From Chrysomallon squamiferum (Eukaryota > Animalia > Mollusca), in assembly GCA_012295275.1 (NCBI GenBank), contig CM022671.1:24614001-24678000 (forward strand): 64,000 nt of DNA, read 5' to 3'. Each line of letters begins with the position of its first letter. Position 1 is the stretch's first letter. The position numbers were made by a program, and so were the translations under genes. The notes under the pieces were generated by a model. It saw nothing but the letters and a program-made list of their open reading frames with translations. It was not told the DNA's origin and ran no database searches. Shown piece after piece: positions 62,455-64,000 of the stretch.

Positions 62455-62750
62455 ATAGGCAAACAGGTAAAAAAAACAACAACATTTAAGCACATCTGTC
62501 TTAAAGCATGAAATTTGGTAACATAAATACTTTGTTATTTAAAAGGTTTCTAAAATTTATAAAATCACATATTTTGTCCACCCATCTGCAAATAATTGTA
62601 ATTTTGAAATTGTAGCATTGCCAATATCACTTGCTTCCCTTTAAAATCTGGATTCAGCAAATTTCAGCATCCAAACGTACCAGCTTTCATGGTCTTTGCC
62701 ATATGTGCACATGTAATATAATATTAGCGATCCTAATTGATAATCAGTAG
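62455..62750. mobile_element. Small non-autonomous element (MITE-like) with degenerate inverted termini, possibly Academ-related
   Basis: 62490-62520 (gcacatctgtcttaaagcatgaaatttggta) matches the reverse complement of 62678-62708 at 23/31 positions. Confidence 0.45.
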
Positions 62751-63509
62751 TATTGTTTCTGGCAATATTATCAGCATACATTTAAAGAAATTAAAAAGTA
62801 TACATATATTTAGAAAATACATTGGCTCATAACAATTTATACACGTAGGTTTATATTCGTCTTGTATCACCTCAAGCAGGAAATTTTAATGTTAAAGAAT
62901 TCTGATTTTCATATATTTATTTTACTAATTCTTCTACTGCTGCTGCTGCTACTACAACTACTACTACTACGACTACTACTAGTAGTACGACTAGTACTAC
63001 TACTACTATTACCGCTATTAGTACTACTAGTACTACTACTGTTACTAGTACTATTATTACAACTACTACTGCTACAAGGACTACTACTACTACTACTATT
63101 ACTACTATTACTAATACCACTATTAGTACTACTATAACCTCTCTGCTACTACTATTACTGCTACTATTTCAATTACAACTTTCTTAAAATTAACTAAAAA
63201 AAGAAAAAAGAATGTAACATAGATTTCTGTTTTTCAAAAAATCGTTAACAAAAAGAGCTTCCTTATTTTAAAAATAAGAACTACCTCTTATTGCCCTATG
63301 TATTTAAACACGATGAAAGCGTACCAGCTGGTAACAGATACAACTTATTTTGTCCCCGCTGGGAGAGGTTGATTTTGTTGAAAGATATAAAGTAAAAAAA
63401 ACCCCAACGACAACAGAAAAAACGTCTATCACATTTCCGAAACGATTTATAAAATGTTAAGTGGATAAAATTTTGTTTACTGCTTTTTACCTCATTTACA
63501 TTAAAATGT

Positions 63510-63742
63510 TGATAGAGATGAAGATAGTGATAGATATATCAATACAGATAGAGACATATAGACAGATAGATAGATAAATAGAGATATTTTCAGTAGTATT
63601 TTTAGAACGGTTGTTTGTAGAAGAGTTTATATTTATGTACACAGATATTTAGTTTGCGATTATCCACAAACCAGTACTGTCTATTGTTATGTGATAGAGA
63701 TAGTGATAGATATATTAAAATATACATTGATAGACATAATGG

Positions 63743-63786
<44 letters not shown>

Positions 63787-63845
63787 CAGCGGTTGTTTAT
63801 GTTTATCTACAGTTATTTCCTTTTCAGTAATCCACAAAACAGTAT
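63510..63845. repeat. Degenerate ~170-bp tandem duplication
   Basis: gatagtgatagatatat..cggttgttt..tccacaaa.cagta occurs twice. Confidence 0.7.
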
Positions 63846-64000
63846 AGACATGACAGTTTACGTAGTGACAGTGTGAATAACAAAATTAGCAGCAAATGTT
63901 TAAAGAGAACCTTTAGTGATAGAAGATGTAATTTAAATATATTCTGCACAGTTATTGTTATTATCATTATTATTAATATTATTATTTTGCCCTTCGACCT

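Overview
AT-rich, microsatellite-dense animal genomic DNA, most consistent with a mollusc (gastropod-type tRNA-headed SINEs, invertebrate CpG mosaic); it is not prokaryotic. There are two convergent spliced genes. On the + strand are the last three coding exons of an SBSPON-like gene (TSP1 exon 23903-24118, then 32937-33060 and 33875-34163); its signal peptide/somatomedin-B exon(s) appear to lie upstream of the window, so bases 1-23902 are probably one large intron. On the - strand is a complete carboxypeptidase M-like M14B gene with 8 coding exons (55503 to 49634, 426 aa, catalytic residues intact, GPI-like tail). The window also holds a 30 x 39-bp minisatellite (41862-43033), a decayed Academ-type DNA transposon ORF (about 60735-61540), many SINE relics, local duplications and microsatellites. 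The most notable unexplained structures are a ~254-bp inverted repeat pair bracketing the first two coding exons of the carboxypeptidase gene (circRNA/exon-skipping geometry, with a circle ORF closing on an AUGA stop/start overlap), a sharp CpG-depletion boundary near 36.9 kb, and a two-variant minisatellite that may derive from a SINE head. All gene models were read by hand; no database search was run.
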